This document shows, piece after piece, positions 1 through 13,865 of a stretch of 64,000 bases of DNA. The notes below the pieces were generated by a model. The model saw only the letters and a list, made by a program, of their open reading frames with translations, did not search any database and was not told the origin of the DNA. Within the stretch, counting starts at the first letter, position 1; each line of letters begins with the position of its first letter. Origin of the DNA: Cercozoa sp. M6MM (Eukaryota; Protista; Endomyxa: Ascetosporea); assembly GCA_040357565.1 (NCBI GenBank), contig JBDODJ010000056.1; one strand, written 5' to 3'. Both the position numbers and the translations under genes were made by a program.

Positions 1-125
1 TTTCCCGAGGAAACTTCTTCCTCTTATCATGCATGCTGTGTGCAGGTAGAGCAAGTGCAAGCGGTGCACTGACTGCACCCCGAGTGTCGGTGCACGTGGC
101 CCGGTGTCTTCGGACACCATCCTAT
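1..125 (+). repeat. Dispersed repeat copy 1 (runs off window start), ending in a cUUCGg hairpin
   Basis: Near-identical to the reverse complement of 36032-36159; hairpin ggtgtc-ttcg-gacacc at 103-118. Confidence 0.9.
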
Positions 126-300
126 CCAAACGAACTACTTGACTGTGCGCTCGTGTGTTTTTTTCAGTTTCTCGGGTTACTAGTACTCTGCAGTGAAGCC
201 GGAAATAACGCAAGGAATGCTCTTTTCACTAGCACCCGCGCCAAGCGATCTGTTGTTAAAACCAATCAATAACTTCGTTAAACAATTTTCGTTCGTTATG

Positions 301-2557
301 TTAAACAAGAAACGCCGCTGTGACTACGACTACTGCGCTGGCAACCACAGCGAACCCATTCCAACTTAGTCCTTGCCGAGTGCAAACGTTCTGATGATCA
401 CCCTGCTTGGTTTCCTCCTCGAGCTGCAGCAGTCGCTGCCGCTCGTCGAATCGCGCCAAGTCGCGCTGCTCTTCGTCAAGATCGCTCTCCAGTTCGTGCA
501 GCACACCGAGTGTTTCCTCGCCCGTGATGTCCACCTGAGGAATGTAAACAGTACGAGAGTTACAGAACTCGAAGTTTACCTCAAACGAAGGCTTCGGCAG
601 CAGTTTCATTATTGCTTCGTGAGTGGCGACACGTGGCATTCGACGGATCCGCCATATGTGCGGTCTCCTTAGTAAGGAACAATCTCTATCGTGTATCAGT
701 GTTGTGAGTAGGGAACTAGGGATCCTGTACGACAAGCTCATGCGGCGCAGTGCCATGTGACGCATGTACGTGATCGGCTGTCCATCCTCAAAATCGCCCA
801 TGACGCCTGTACCTGCCAAGTGGTTGAGCTGCTCACATACATGTACACTACGCAAATTCCAGTGCCCCTGTCGGATCGTGTCTGGAAATCAGAGGTCCCT
901 ACTGAGGCAAAGGAGGTACCGGTGCGTAGTAGAAGGCGGCACGTGGATCGTTGCGAAAGTGACCGAGCCAGTAGTCCTTGTTGCTGTGCGAGTCGCCCCA
1001 AGTGGAACATTCCTGGGGAGGGAGTTTGGTAAGTTGTTACATGCAAATATAACATATCTACGTACTGGGTTCAGTTGCTTACCGAGAAACGCACGTAGCC
1101 ATCAGATGGCGAGCCGTCAGACAGCATTGCATCGATGACGGTGAGTCCTCTATGAACCCAAAAGGTACCACAAAACGGACAGACAGGATCAAAGCGATGA
1201 TAGTGGGTACACACTGGCTCGTTTTTTGGTGCCACCGGTGGGCGAGGTGCCGCACAATGCGCCCAGTAGTAGTTCCTTCGACTGCACGACAAACGACAGT
1301 TGATTCCGCTGCTCCACGGCGTCTTCCATGCCTCTGTACTGTAGGGATTAAAGGGATAGTTATCTTCAATTTTTCCAGAACATTTATGTTGTTGACGCGG
1401 ATACCCGCGTACTCAGTGAGCGGTAAGCAGGCTTGTCGCGTGATCGTGCAAAACGGTACAGGAAGGATTGCACCGGATTCAGTGACCATCTGAGGCATGC
1501 ATTTCGTACGGGTCAAAGCTGATGAAAGTAACACAGTGTGATGTGCACCCTCGTTCGAGGATATCGACGAGCGATGTTGCCATGATGGCCCCTCTGTCAT
1601 ACACAGTGAGAGAGTGCCTACGTGTGATATCAAGTGCGGTACGCCGTACCTGAAGGGTCCCTGTAGTGCCACCCACTTCACATCGCACAGGCCTTGGTCC
1701 AAGCACGCGCCTACGTTTGTTGATATGCAAGTAGATGGGATTTGCAGGGTCGAACCAAGTGTTGCTACCTGCTAGGATGACGTTGGCCATGGAATGTGCG
1801 TACACGACACCTTGCCGCTCATGATACACCTTGTACGCCTTGTTGTAGAAGTCGCGTTGCAGTTCCTCATTGTCCCAGCTGTTCGATTCACACAAACCAA
1901 TGCATTAGTCCTTGGCCCTCTTGCAAAAGTGAGGAGGAAGGCACCCGTAGTTGACGGTGTCGAAGTGCGAATAGATAGCGCGGCTGCAGACGTCTTTGAG
2001 GGCCACCGCCATGTCACCAAAATATTCCTGCCAGTGGACATATGCGCGTATTTTACAACTCGCTCCAACTGGGGAAACATGAATATCTGCGTTTTACCAT
2101 GCCGAGTGTGCCCACCTGCGGACGAAAGGTTTCCGACCAACGCCAGTGCCCTGTGCCTCTAAAATTCAGAGTGTGAGTGACCGCTTGTCCTTTCCCCCGC
2201 CCCGAGAAGTTGCGAGCTTACTTCTGCCCGGCTCCATGGAGGAACCTAATCAAATTCAAACCAGTATCTCGTTTTCCCGTGTTGATGGGAGTATGGTACA
2301 AGCAAGGGCGTCTGTCGTTTTTCAAGACTTTGGGCTGCTCTTGCGGCGACAATTCCTTCGCCTCGAAGTAGCCCAATGTCGAGACCTGCGTGTCAAAGCA
2401 CATTTAACACAACTCTTTGGTGAAGCTCGACAACTGAATATAGTACCTCCTCGACAACGCATCCTTTGCAGGGCGGCAAATCCAGAACCACACGACTACT
2501 GGCGATAGTCTCTATCGTCAAAGCAAAGACGAAGGCGATCAACAAAGTCGTCCACAT
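301..2557 (-). CDS. Secreted alpha/beta-hydrolase-fold protein with hydrophobic C-terminal anchor (multi-exon)
   Basis: Spliced reading gives signal peptide MWTTLLIAFVFALTIETIAS, RPCLFLHGAG, nucleophile elbow VYAHSMAN, SDGYVRFS (Asp), LNHLAGTG (His) and C-terminal FAVVASAVVVVTAAFLV. Confidence 0.65.
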
Positions 2558-5500
2558 CTACCACACATCACACTGTCGACACACACAAACACACACACTT
2601 CACGCTCAGTTGAGAAGACATGCAACGTCGAGGGAGTTGTGCAGTCTGTCAGACTTGGTTGCCTTGCTTTACCGGTACGTCAATCCGACCGGTGCCAAAG
2701 ACAAACAACGACACCGATACTGTCTGTACTGTAACTTTACCTGACTTTCGTGACATGACAGTGACGTGGAATTTAAAAACTTGCGGCCAGCAGTTTCTCC
2801 CCACTTGTACTGGAAGAAGAGGCGTCTCTTCTGTACTTGCGCAATCACTTCCTGCATAAAAACTGCTTTGGTAGCCTATAATTCTTCGCTAATGCAATAC
2901 TGTCAAAATCAATATATAATTTCAACTTCTTCCAGTTTCAGTTGGCGTTCGTTGTTTGGTAGACGCGAATGACCTTGATTAGAGCGCTTCTGCTTTTCGC
3001 ACTGATACATGGCATATATGCGGCCCGGTGGACTGCCGATAGTGACGCCTACACTTCGGCACGGACCTCGTATCGTTGCTTTTTGTCTGGGAGCCTGCCA
3101 ATAACAGTTTCGTTTTGTTGACTGGGTGTTCTTAACAGAATCTTATCTGCACGGGGACCTACGGTACGCTTTCCGCGAGGAGAAACATGGCCATACGCCA
3201 TCACACCTCCGTAAACTCATGGCTTCAGTGGTGTTCATTACAGTAGCAACCGCAGCACCGCAAAAAAAAATTGCACTTGCAGACCGTCGCCCTGTCGAGG
3301 CAATAGCGTTTTTTCTGCGGATTCATTCGGACACTCAGGGTCGAGTTGGGTGCAGTACCCCACGACACCTGTGGTATGATACGGTAGCATTCATCTCTAG
3401 GCGCAAGAGCGTACTTTAGTTGCGGCCAGTGTAGATAGAGATACACGCACCGTCGCGCGGAGGCAGTTCCGGTCCAAACACGAGTCGAGCCAGCGAGAGC
3501 GGTTGCGAAGACCGTGCAGGCGGTCCAGGCCGTCGCCATGGCCAGTCGTTGTCGCAACCGTACAATCCAGAGCCAGTCAATGAGCCCGAACTTTTGTTCC
3601 CTCAGTAACGTTATTCCTTCAATTTTGGGGATTCTAACCTATACACTGCCCAAGGGTGTTGTTTAGTTGGCAATCACAAGAGAACGTGGACCGACTTCGA
3701 CAACTTCATTCCATGTCGCCGCAGCGTCGTCCTCGTCGCTGCAAGAGGTCTTCCTTTCTATACACGTGTCACTTTCAGATTTTCCATTGACGATATGACT
3801 CTAACAGAAAAAAACGATCGACGTTGTCGAACTGTTTTGGGTGCACCTCAGACTGAGTCTCGCTCAACTGGCAACTTTAACTGAAACACTCAACTTGAAA
3901 CAATGTCACTTTCGGTTACTTTCGAGCGTTCTTAGCGAATACTAAGTGCCGAGGACTGTGCAACTTATTGACAGATAGAGCCATGTTGGTCGCACACCTC
4001 CTAAATTGGCGCATGACAACATATCGATTATAAAGTTGTAGTGGCACAGGCAAAGTTGTAGTGACAAAGGTACGTTCGCAGACACAAGCCGCATCCAAAC
4101 GAGGCTCGAATCCGCCACCGGTGCATCAGTGTCTTGAGGTAGCACTGGCATTCGTGGCGTGCTCATCGGTGCGGTGCCAGAGTTGATGCAGTCACCGCAG
4201 GCAACTGAAGGCAGCAGCACAACGACGCGCGTGCGATGCACAAGTGTCGCGCCGTTCGACACAAAGGTTACCGATAGCGGAAACGGTAAAGGCACGGAAC
4301 GAATCGCGGCGCCTGCACTGCTGTCTCTGTATTCAGTTGCGTACTTCAGCACAGCATTGGGAGCGAGTGCAACAACATGAGCTGGTGTCACTGGGTTTAC
4401 TGCCACCAGGTACTACAGTATAAGACACGTGTCTTTGCGCTACCCTGACTGTACAGAAAGGACGTATCATACCAGTGCTGTGCTGTCTCGTTGAATTACA
4501 TGTGGGTACTCGAGCGACAGGAACTGCAACACTCACGACAAATAGAACCAACTGAAGACCCTGTAAGTGTAGATATTGGTGTACCATAAGGTTGTGGACA
4601 AAAGGAAAGAAGTATCGTGCTGCCGCGCTTTCGACACTGCGTGTGGCCTTTGCTGTCGCTGGAAGCACTTTCGACAGCGTTCGTCGCGCCCGTCCTTCGT
4701 TGGGCACGAAAGGATCATCGTGACTGCCTTCTTGACTGTCAGAGATGTAGACCCGCGCAAGTGGTGACTTTGATGGTCTGTTTTGTTTAAATGCACATGT
4801 ACGAGCAGATAGAAAGAGAAGAGTTAAACATACGTATGCGTAAACACACTGAGCGCATGCGAACGACAGACATACACTGCAATGCGACCAAAGAATGGCG
4901 GATGTGTCGTGACGATTTGCACCTTTTCCATGTCGATCGGAACGGAGGCAGTTTCGCCGACAGTTTTGTCGACAGGAATGGCTTCATTCGGCACTGCGAG
5001 AGCTTACAGTTTGAGTGACTTACGATAGAACGAACAGAGAGCAGACAGAGGGCACCAAAAACAAGGCGACGCGAAAGAGCGCCAAGTGCCTGAAACTGCG
5101 AGAAGAACTCTTGCAGATAGGTATGCACTCCCATAAACAAGCCGCTCAGACGAGTCTTTCTCACGGGGACGATCACGTCGCAATGCACCGAGTCTCGTTG
5201 GATTCTCATATCGTCAGTCCGTGCTTTTCAAGAATTACATAATTTACTGTGCATACATCTACCTGTAAACACTGGCTAAAATACGAATACCCCAATTCAA
5301 GTGACGCAGCCGCATTTCGAGTGCAATCGCCAGCGCTGCACGCAACGACATGTCCTCGTCTATCTCTTCGTGCTTGTTTTGAGCATGCTTTGAGCGCTTC
5401 AACGAGACGAGAGACGGTGCTACCGACATGTCCGTGTACTCTTGTCGCCTACTAAGTTCAAAGGGCCACGTCAACATGGCCTCTCGCCTGAAAGCTGAAG

Positions 5501-6650
5501 AAAACTGACCCTGATTTCTCTACCACTTGCGGAGAGAACATCATATTTTTTACAGCCGACAACGACACGCCTATAGAATAGGGAACGAAAGATCAAATTA
5601 ACGAAGATGTATGGGATGCGCATAAGGGTATATATAGCTTAGATAAATAAGTGGTGAAAGCTGTCTACCTAGAGAAGAGCCGAAGGGAGCGGCGAATTCA
5701 ATGTGTCGGGCCAACTGTACCGGCAAGCTGGCCTTGCTTTGCTTTGTCAGCGTAAGATGCCCGTGTGCATACAAAAGCAGCGACGTGGGTGAGAAAGCTT
5801 CGCGCTTCGCTCTCAGAATCTCAATGCACTCGCTCACAAGATTACGCGTTGAAACCCAGTACGCCAGTGGCTGATCCGACGCTGCGTGTATTGATCGAAC
5901 GAACAGTGACGGTATTCGCTGCCGGTCAGTGGAAACAAGTTACTAGTAAATTACATTGGATCGATTGATTGCATCGTAAAATTGAGACAGATAAAATAAA
6001 TTTACCTGCGGTTGAATCCGTGCGAAGCTGTCGACCGACACTGTAAACTCAGAATCGACGCGAGGGTAGTCATGGATAGCAATGCCCGGCGATTTCCTTG
6101 CCACTAGTACTTGCACCCTCTCTCTCAGCAAGGGGTCTGTGGAATTTGTACTCGTGATTCGCTTTTAAGTTTTACTACGCGCACCGAGTGTAACAACAGG
6201 GATTTCAAAGTTCACCTCTTTGGACTACGCCTTCATCGACGACTCGTTGAAAGAGCTGCAGAATACTGGATCTTTTCTGCAGGCAAAGACACAAGCCACT
6301 TAAAGTTCAGTTGTTAAGTTGTTCAAATTTACATGCGAACCGTAAACTTAGTGTTCGAGTGAAAGGTAAGTTACCTCATCGGATACTTCTCGCAGCCAAC
6401 CGAATGAAGAAGGATCCTTTGACAGACTGCACGGACACAAGGATATATAGACTGACGAGGCTTGGCAGGCTTATCGACCCCAAAAACAATTTTGTAACTG
6501 AAATTTCTTTTACTCAAAAACGCGTTGGAACTCTGTCGCGCTTGCTTCGCTGAAATCTGCAAGGGCATACAGTGCAGTGCCTGCAAAACATAGGCATGCT
6601 GTTCTTAACATGCAAGTTAGAGAGGCGCTAGTGACGAGCCCTTCGGAGAA

Positions 6651-8690
6651 ATGACTCTCGAGGCGGAATACTTTGACCAGTGCGTCAATGCACGTCAGTG
6701 CAGCGTGGGGACGAGGTATGGTTTGCAAAAAAAGCAGTGGCATAACACTCCTGTTGCGTTCCGTGTGCTGTTGTTTGTCCAATCAGTGTCGCCATGCGCT
6801 TTCTCGGTGCGGTCGCAGTGGTTGTTGCTCTCAGCTGCGTCATGCGCATTCTTGCACAAATCCCGGAAGCACCGGCGATCCCAAGTGTCTCAAAACAAGA
6901 ACATAATGACAGCTCGGGACCACCTCCAGTTGTTCACATGTTGGCTGCGCGGCAGGTAAAAAGAACTGAGGCTCGACTTGTCGATGCGTTTTTCAATTTA
7001 TGATAGCGAATTCCGCTGGTTGTTGATGCAGCACGACATGATGCAACAACTGGAGCTTTTTACCAACCCTAACGTTCCTGCCTTCACAAAGCAATCTGGT
7101 TCCGTGTTCATGACGGCATTTGCGCCAATCAAGCGTCAGCTAGTTGCACTGCGCCGTGCAGCCCTTGCAGGCAACGAAGCAACCAAGTAAACTGCTTTGC
7201 AAAAATACTCAGTGAAGTTGTGCTTCCAAACTGATGCCATGACTGATCAGTATGGAGTCCGAGTGGGCATTGGATGTGTCCGCAGTCACGAAGATCCTCG
7301 TGTCGTTCAATCACGATGCGTCCAACGTTCTGCGCGACTCGTTGCAGCAGAGCATTGTGGCTCGCGCTGCTGAGGAGTTCAAGACAGTGTCTGCCAACAA
7401 AGAGGGTCCGTCGCAGAGCGAAGCTGATTCTGTGCACGACATGTGGCGCAATCGGTACAGTACAGCAGGGACTACTGTATAAAACTAGTCGAGAATGGGC
7501 ATTTTGGCCGCAGAATCGCCGAAGCGATGAAGAAGTGGCACTCGGCGGGCGATGCGATCCAAAATCTGAAGCCTCCCGACACGCTGAAGAGTGCAATTGA
7601 TGCCAACTCATTGCAACAAAGCATTGAAATCACGATTCACGCCGCACAAGATGCAAGCGACTTTTTGACCTTCTTTGGCGCCGAGGTGGCGCTGAACGGC
7701 ATTGCATTTGGGTTGTCCTCCAAGCGACTCATGGAAGCTGCCACTTCGACGCAAGAGGCGCTGCGTCGCTTTGAAATCCTTGCCCGTCGAATCGCCGACG
7801 CCTTCTCTTCTCCCACTTCTTTTGTAATTTTTACCACTTTCAGTTGCTTTTGCTTTAAAACTAGAATAAATGAACAGAGTGGCGAGTCACAAAAGTACGC
7901 CACTGCCTTTGAGGTGGAACTAACGGATCACATCTCCCGCTCCTTCGAGTTCGACGAGGAGGCAAAAAGGGTCGCTCTCGAACGCGCTTCACTGTTCGTC
8001 GCCGGAACAGCAGATGTATGGAGGGCTGTCCTGCTTTCACTGTAAATTTATGTCCATTGTAGCTGCTCAAAGCTTCGTTGTCGGCGAAAGCTCTAGAGGG
8101 CATTGACGCCCCTGATGAAATTTTAGAAAAGATCTTGATTTCTCCGACCACGGAATTGGGTACCTACCACTCATGTCTCATCGTGTGTCAGTTCGTTTTA
8201 CGTGACACGATTGTACAGACACCTTAAAGCTTGATCGTGAGAAAGCTATGAAACTCGACGGAACCGGCGTGTCGCTGCTTCGAGGTGCCGCAATCGGCAT
8301 CTTAGGTGAAGGCGAGGCACTACTTCCACAGGCGATTTCGTTGCTTCGCGCAAATGCTGCCTTGACGCACATGCAGTTAAGCTTTTTTGTGGCCCAAGCT
8401 TCCCAAGGCACCAAAGATGACTCGGCGCAGTAGACAACTTGGAATTTCAGAGAATACGGTAATTCAGTTGACAGCCAAGCGCTACACCTTTTCGTCGAAC
8501 TCCAAGAAGGATCGATGACATCCTCCGGGATACGCGAGCGGACTGTGGAGGGAGTAGCGTAGCTTTCTTGAGTTGTGGGCATCATGCCCTGCTGCCCGCG
8601 AAACAGTATTTCAGTCTCTCTCCTTAAACGAGCTTCTTTCCAAGTAATGTTTTCAGCGTACGTTCGCGTGTCTATATCGATAAACATTCA
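6651..8690 (+). CDS. Hypothetical multi-exon protein (boundaries uncertain)
   Basis: Protein-like + strand segments (e.g. ORF 7443-8045) separated by short GT..AG gaps; no family motif recognised. Confidence 0.35.
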
Positions 8691-8799
8691 TTAATGATAG
8701 CAACCTTCGAGAGAAGCGTTTTTCATAGGAAACTGAGCAGAATTGTGCGGGGCACTAAACGCAGCGGAATATTGGAGCTATGAGCACAGGCGTAGGTCT

Positions 8800-11066
8800 A
8801 TGAGCGAACGTATAAAGGTACCCTCTGCTCGGTCTCAAATTTTGCAGTTTGCGCCACCATTTTGCTCTGCAGGTGTGTCTTCGAGTGAGAGGAGGCACGC
8901 AAGCGGGCGTTAGTTCACACCCGGCCGTTTCTGTTTTACAGAACAGGGTCCTCCTCGTTCGAAAGACGGCTTCATCCAAATACCCTCCGAGTCGTGGTGT
9001 CGCAACTGCAACCCAAAAGTTTTGCTTTGACCACGTGCTCGACGCCACAACATCACAACGGGATGTTTTCAAAACGTTTAAACATCTACTGCCACTGGTT
9101 TTGCGAGGGATAAACTGCACCCTGCTCGCTTATGGAGCGACATCGTCGGGGAAGACACATACATTATTCGGGGCAAAAGATGAATCTGGAGCGATCAGTC
9201 TCGCTCTTCGGGAGCTGTTTTCACGGACCACCAGCGACACGGAGCGTGATTTCACCATCCACCTCGCATGTTTAGAAATCTACAACGAGCAGGTTGTTGA
9301 TTTGCTCCCCCACGGAATACACGAAGGAGAGTTGCGCGAGTCCAAGCCTCTGTCACTTCGCGAAGACGGTTGCAACAGCATTGTTGTTGCCAATTTGCGC
9401 TGGCACAAAGTAAGTTGTGTGGACGAAGTGCTGGGATTGTGCGACATTGCGAGGAGGCGTCGCGAGACAGCTCCTACAGTCGCGAACAAATCATCTTCGC
9501 GTTCACACTGCATAGTGACTGTCTCCGTGAAAAGCAAACCTAAAATTCCCGGGCTCACACAAACTCACACTTTCGCAAAGTTCCACATGATCGATTTAGC
9601 TGGAAGCGAACGTGCTGCCTCAAAAAGCTACGGGTTGGCAGGCAATCGAGGATTACGGCTTCGCGAAGGAGCTCTAATAAATAGATCACGTATGTTCCGT
9701 TTGGTTTTTTCTCCCAGCTACTGCACTGTAATGTATCGGATGTTAGTTCTCGCACTTGCAAACTGCATCAACTCACTTGCACACGGGAGCTACGTTAACT
9801 TTCGTGACAGTAAGCTGACGAGAATTCTGCAGGATTCTCTTTCTGGAAAGGTGCGTTCTGTGTAGTTGGTGCTTTTGACATGTAAGATGGCAAGCCTTTG
9901 TTTGCAGGCTCACACTGTCTTGCTGGCACACATTTCGCCGTCAAGACAGTTGCTGGATGAATCTTTGAACACCCTAAAATATGCGCGTCGTGCGAAGAAC
10001 ATCCGAGTCCCTCGGATCGTCGCAAACACGAAGAGCGTCACCTTGCGAGTAGATGAATATGAGCGAGCTATCCAATCTCTACGTTCTCAATTGCTGCGAG
10101 CAACTACTTCTGCGAGCGGAAAAGACAAGGCTGAAACTGTTGCCATGCAACCTGATATGTAAGTTACGTTGTTCTCTTTTATCTTGTGCGCCAAAACACC
10201 CGCCGACATCCGACACCTGTAGGAAGCAACTGAAACAACGCGCTCTCGTATACAGACAAGAACTGGTACAGTATAAAACAATAGCTGCACGGATACAGCT
10301 TTAAATGTTAACGCCCGCTTCTCAGGGAAAGATGTTCGAACTCCTCCGTACAAGCCGTGCTGAACTGGAACGTGCCACACACAACGAAAGCCCAATGTAC
10401 CGAATGCACACTTTTACCCTAGGTTCAGCTCCACTCGGCAGAAAGCTCCGAGTCATTGTGGTCTAGGATGATTGAGCAGCTTGAAAGAAAAGTCGTCGAA
10501 GCTGAGCGAAGGATAACAAAGTGGAGAAGCAGCGTCATTGATGCAACGACGGATCCTTTTGTGATTGCTTTACTTGAGGAAGTACGATCTACTATTTTCA
10601 ATTAATGGGTACGAATGATGATGTAACTTTTTCCTGGACTTGCAGGAGTACAAGCAACAGAGAATACAAGACGATTACCACACCGCGAAGCGCATGGCTA
10701 GTAAATTTTAAGTTTATTTTTCAGCACCCAATAAATGAACTTTTATACGATATACTGTACATTATGATTCAGCAAGAGCATCGAAGCGGGTTAAACAGTG
10801 CGAAAACGCACTTTCCATTATGTTCGAACAACTTCAAATGAGAGAAAAACGATTGCCTCGGAGCACGAAGCGAGCTCTGCCGCGGTCTTGGCAATCGTTA
10901 ACACAATTGCGTAGACTTGTGAGGTATCGCGTGCGCATGAGGTTTTGCATCTGCGTGTCTAATTATCGTCTCCAGGGATTACCAGTACACGCGGTCGCAC
11001 TCAACATCCAGTCTATTGCCTTCACATGCAGCGTATCCTTTGCCAACTTTTTCGGAGTGGGGGTGA
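8800..11066 (+). CDS. Kinesin motor protein, kinesin-8 (KIF18/KIF19)-like, with coiled-coil tail
   Basis: MSERIK|VCLRVR after intron 8818-8872; P-loop AYGATSSGKTHT; switch I SSRSH; switch II IDLAGSER; LREGALINRSLLALANCINSL, FRDSKLTRILQDSL, LNTLKYARRAKNI. Tail exons less certain. Confidence 0.9.
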
Positions 11067-11606
11067 AAAGCGGGTGTAAAGGGGAATGTTCTGACGATGC
11101 AATTTTGCACAAAGGCGGAGAAGAAGTGTTTCTGACGATGACGACCTTGCCTCTTTATCCTCCACTGTGGTCTCTGCAAAGTCTACTCCCCATCCCGTAT
11201 TTTTAAAACCTACTGCAACGGCAAGTCTGCTCAAACCGTCAGTTATTTCCTGGCTGTTGCTAGAGTGAAAGAGAGGTGACGCGGCGGCGTCTGTCGCAAT
11301 TGCGCGCACGCACGCGTCGCCTTGCTGTGGTTTGTGCATTTGGCATTTTACCCAATGAAGAAGCATTTTAGCATTCTATCAGGCGAGGAAATCTCTCCAA
11401 TCGTCCAGTAATTTCACGTCTCCTGCCGCACTAGCCCCAAGGCGTTCCTTCGCATTTTAGGCCTCGTGCCTCAGTCCCTATCACACTCAAGATACGCTGT
11501 CACGCCACAGGCCAACAGTAGCCGGTTGCCGGAAAAATACTGTACAGTAAATACTGTACGGTGTGAGCAGTGCAAGCAGCTCGTGCAGTACAAGTACAAC
11601 CCCACG

Positions 11607-13865
11607 ATGTATTCGGTAGATCCCTTGATCATTCAGCAGCATTTTTGCGTGGCCACCGATCAAAAATCTACTCTTTTTTATGGCCGACAGGCATATCTTG
11701 GACGCCACGCACAGCGCCGTCTCAAGGGCACTTTGATCGTGGACAACCCTTTCACCGGTAATTCTGGTGCGATGTGTGCTGGTGCTTGTACATGTAGCGA
11801 CGTTGTGCATCTGTTCCTGAAGGTGGTGTCGCTTGCAAGGTTGCCTTACCCTCTGACGAAGGATGTGTCAGGTATCATATTACCTCCTTTCCCTTTACCC
11901 CTTTACCTCCTTTGCCCCTTACCCCTCCTCGGGTGTCTGCAGTGCCGTGCAAGACTCGCACCGCGCGTTTAAGTCATGGCGCACCGTACCCTTGCAGGAC
12001 AGAATGGCTCTCGTGGACCGATTCATCGACAGACTGTCGGCTAACACGGACTCGATCGCCAGCGACGTCTCTCGAATGATGGGCAAGCCGTATCACCACG
12101 CACAGGGCGAGGTGAAAAATGCCGTCGCGCGTGCCAAGTATCTGCTCTCCGTGGCGCAAACTTCCCTCGCCGACCAGGTGCTGTTTAATACCTCAAGAAT
12201 CTCGACTATAGGACTACCCCAACACAGGTGATAGCCCAGAGTAAGACAGGCGTGCGCACGATACGAAAAGAGCCGGTCGGTGTCGTTGCAGTGTTGTCGC
12301 CTTGGAACTACCCACTACTGTGCACTGTGAATGTCCTGGTTCCTGCCATCCTTGCTGGTACAGTACGATCCCTGTGTCCGTTGGTGCACATAGTGTTTGA
12401 GCCACTCAGGCAACGCCGTTCTCGTGAAGCACAGCGAGCGATCGCCGCTCGTGGCGGAGCACTTTGCCACTGCGTTCAAGCAAGCGGGCGCGCCGGACTT
12501 CCTGGTGCAACCACTGCACGCGACGCAAGAGCAACTGCACGCCAAGGTGCTCACGGATCCGCTTGTTGGCTACGTTGCCTTTACTGGTTCGGTCCAAGGT
12601 ACAGCAGGAATAGGTTGACGCAGCAGGGGTGTCACAAACATGACATGTGAACAGGAGGTCGTGCTGTCTACGAAACAGTGGCCTCGCGACACCCGTTCTT
12701 CTGCGACGTGGGACTCGAACTCGGTGGAAACGGTAGCTCTGTCTAATTTGTCGTTATTCGGACACTTTCAGTGAATCGTTCTAACTGTACTGTATTTGCA
12801 GACGCGGCCTACGTCGCTTGTGATGCGAACGTCAAGGAGGCCGCTGCCGGCATCGCCGAAGGCGGTTTCTTCAACGCAGGCCAGTCCTGCTGCGCTGTCG
12901 AACGTGTCTTTGCACACGCATCAGTGTGCCTCTATTTTACTTAACCCCTCCTTTTATTTCCTCAATGAGATACACTATTTGCATGCAGCTACGACGAGTT
13001 GCTTCGCGAGCTGCAGTTACACGCGGAGGCGCAGGTGCTGGGCGACCCTCTGGAAGCTTCGACTACGATGGGCCCTCTAGCGCAGCCTCATCGTACGTGA
13101 CCCTGCTCTCCCTTGCGTATCAATGTCATATGTGTAGACGCCGAGCACGTGCAAGCCCACGTCGATGATGCCGTTAAGAAAGGTGCACGTGTCTTGTGCG
13201 GCGGCCATGCGCGCGGACGTTTTTTTGAACCCACCGTTCTTGCTGGTACAGGTGGACCTTACCTGTGTATCTGTACAATGATGTCTGTACAGATGCGACG
13301 CCGGAGATGCGTGTCATGCGCGAGGAGACCTTCGGGCCGCTGCTACCAGTGATGCGTGTCTCGTGTTACGCCGATGCGCTTGAGCTGGTACCTTGTGCCA
13401 ACTGGTACACTGGTTCCTCTCCTCCCTCTTTATTGATCGGTGAACACAATAGATCAACGATTGCACACTCGGCCTTACTGCGTCAATTTGGACGGAGGGT
13501 ACATCCTCCCAGTAGTCACAGTTAATTTATGATTTCTAGTTTGTGTAGATGCGAAAAAGGCGGACAACTTCGCGCGCGATGTTTCCGTCGGCACTGTCGT
13601 ACATTTTGTTTTACTTCACTCAAGAGCTATGGCATTCTCTAACTGTGCAGTTTCAAAACGGATGCGATAACCCGCACCCGTCGCTGCCGTGGAGTGGTAC
13701 TTCGCTCGCTAAGGTTTGGTTTGAGTTTGTCACCCTGATATGTCACCTGGTGCAGGACGACGCGAGTCCGGCAAGGGCCTGTCCCTCAGTCACCTGGTGT
13801 TCGATTCTGTGACTGCGCCCAAGTCACTCAACCTCCGACGCTCCCTGATGTCAACACCCGAATAG
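11607..13865 (+). CDS. NAD(P)-dependent aldehyde dehydrogenase (14 introns)
   Basis: Fully spliceable: DNPFTG, KEPVGVV..SPWNYP, FTGSVQGG, LELGGND (Glu), FNAGQSCCAVER (Cys), EETFGP, PWSGRRESGKG; TAG at 13863-13865. Confidence 0.95.

Noticed and set aside
2950-6300. Probable hypothetical gene(s)
   Set aside because: Exon-like pieces are present, but no frame, strand or product could be fixed with confidence.
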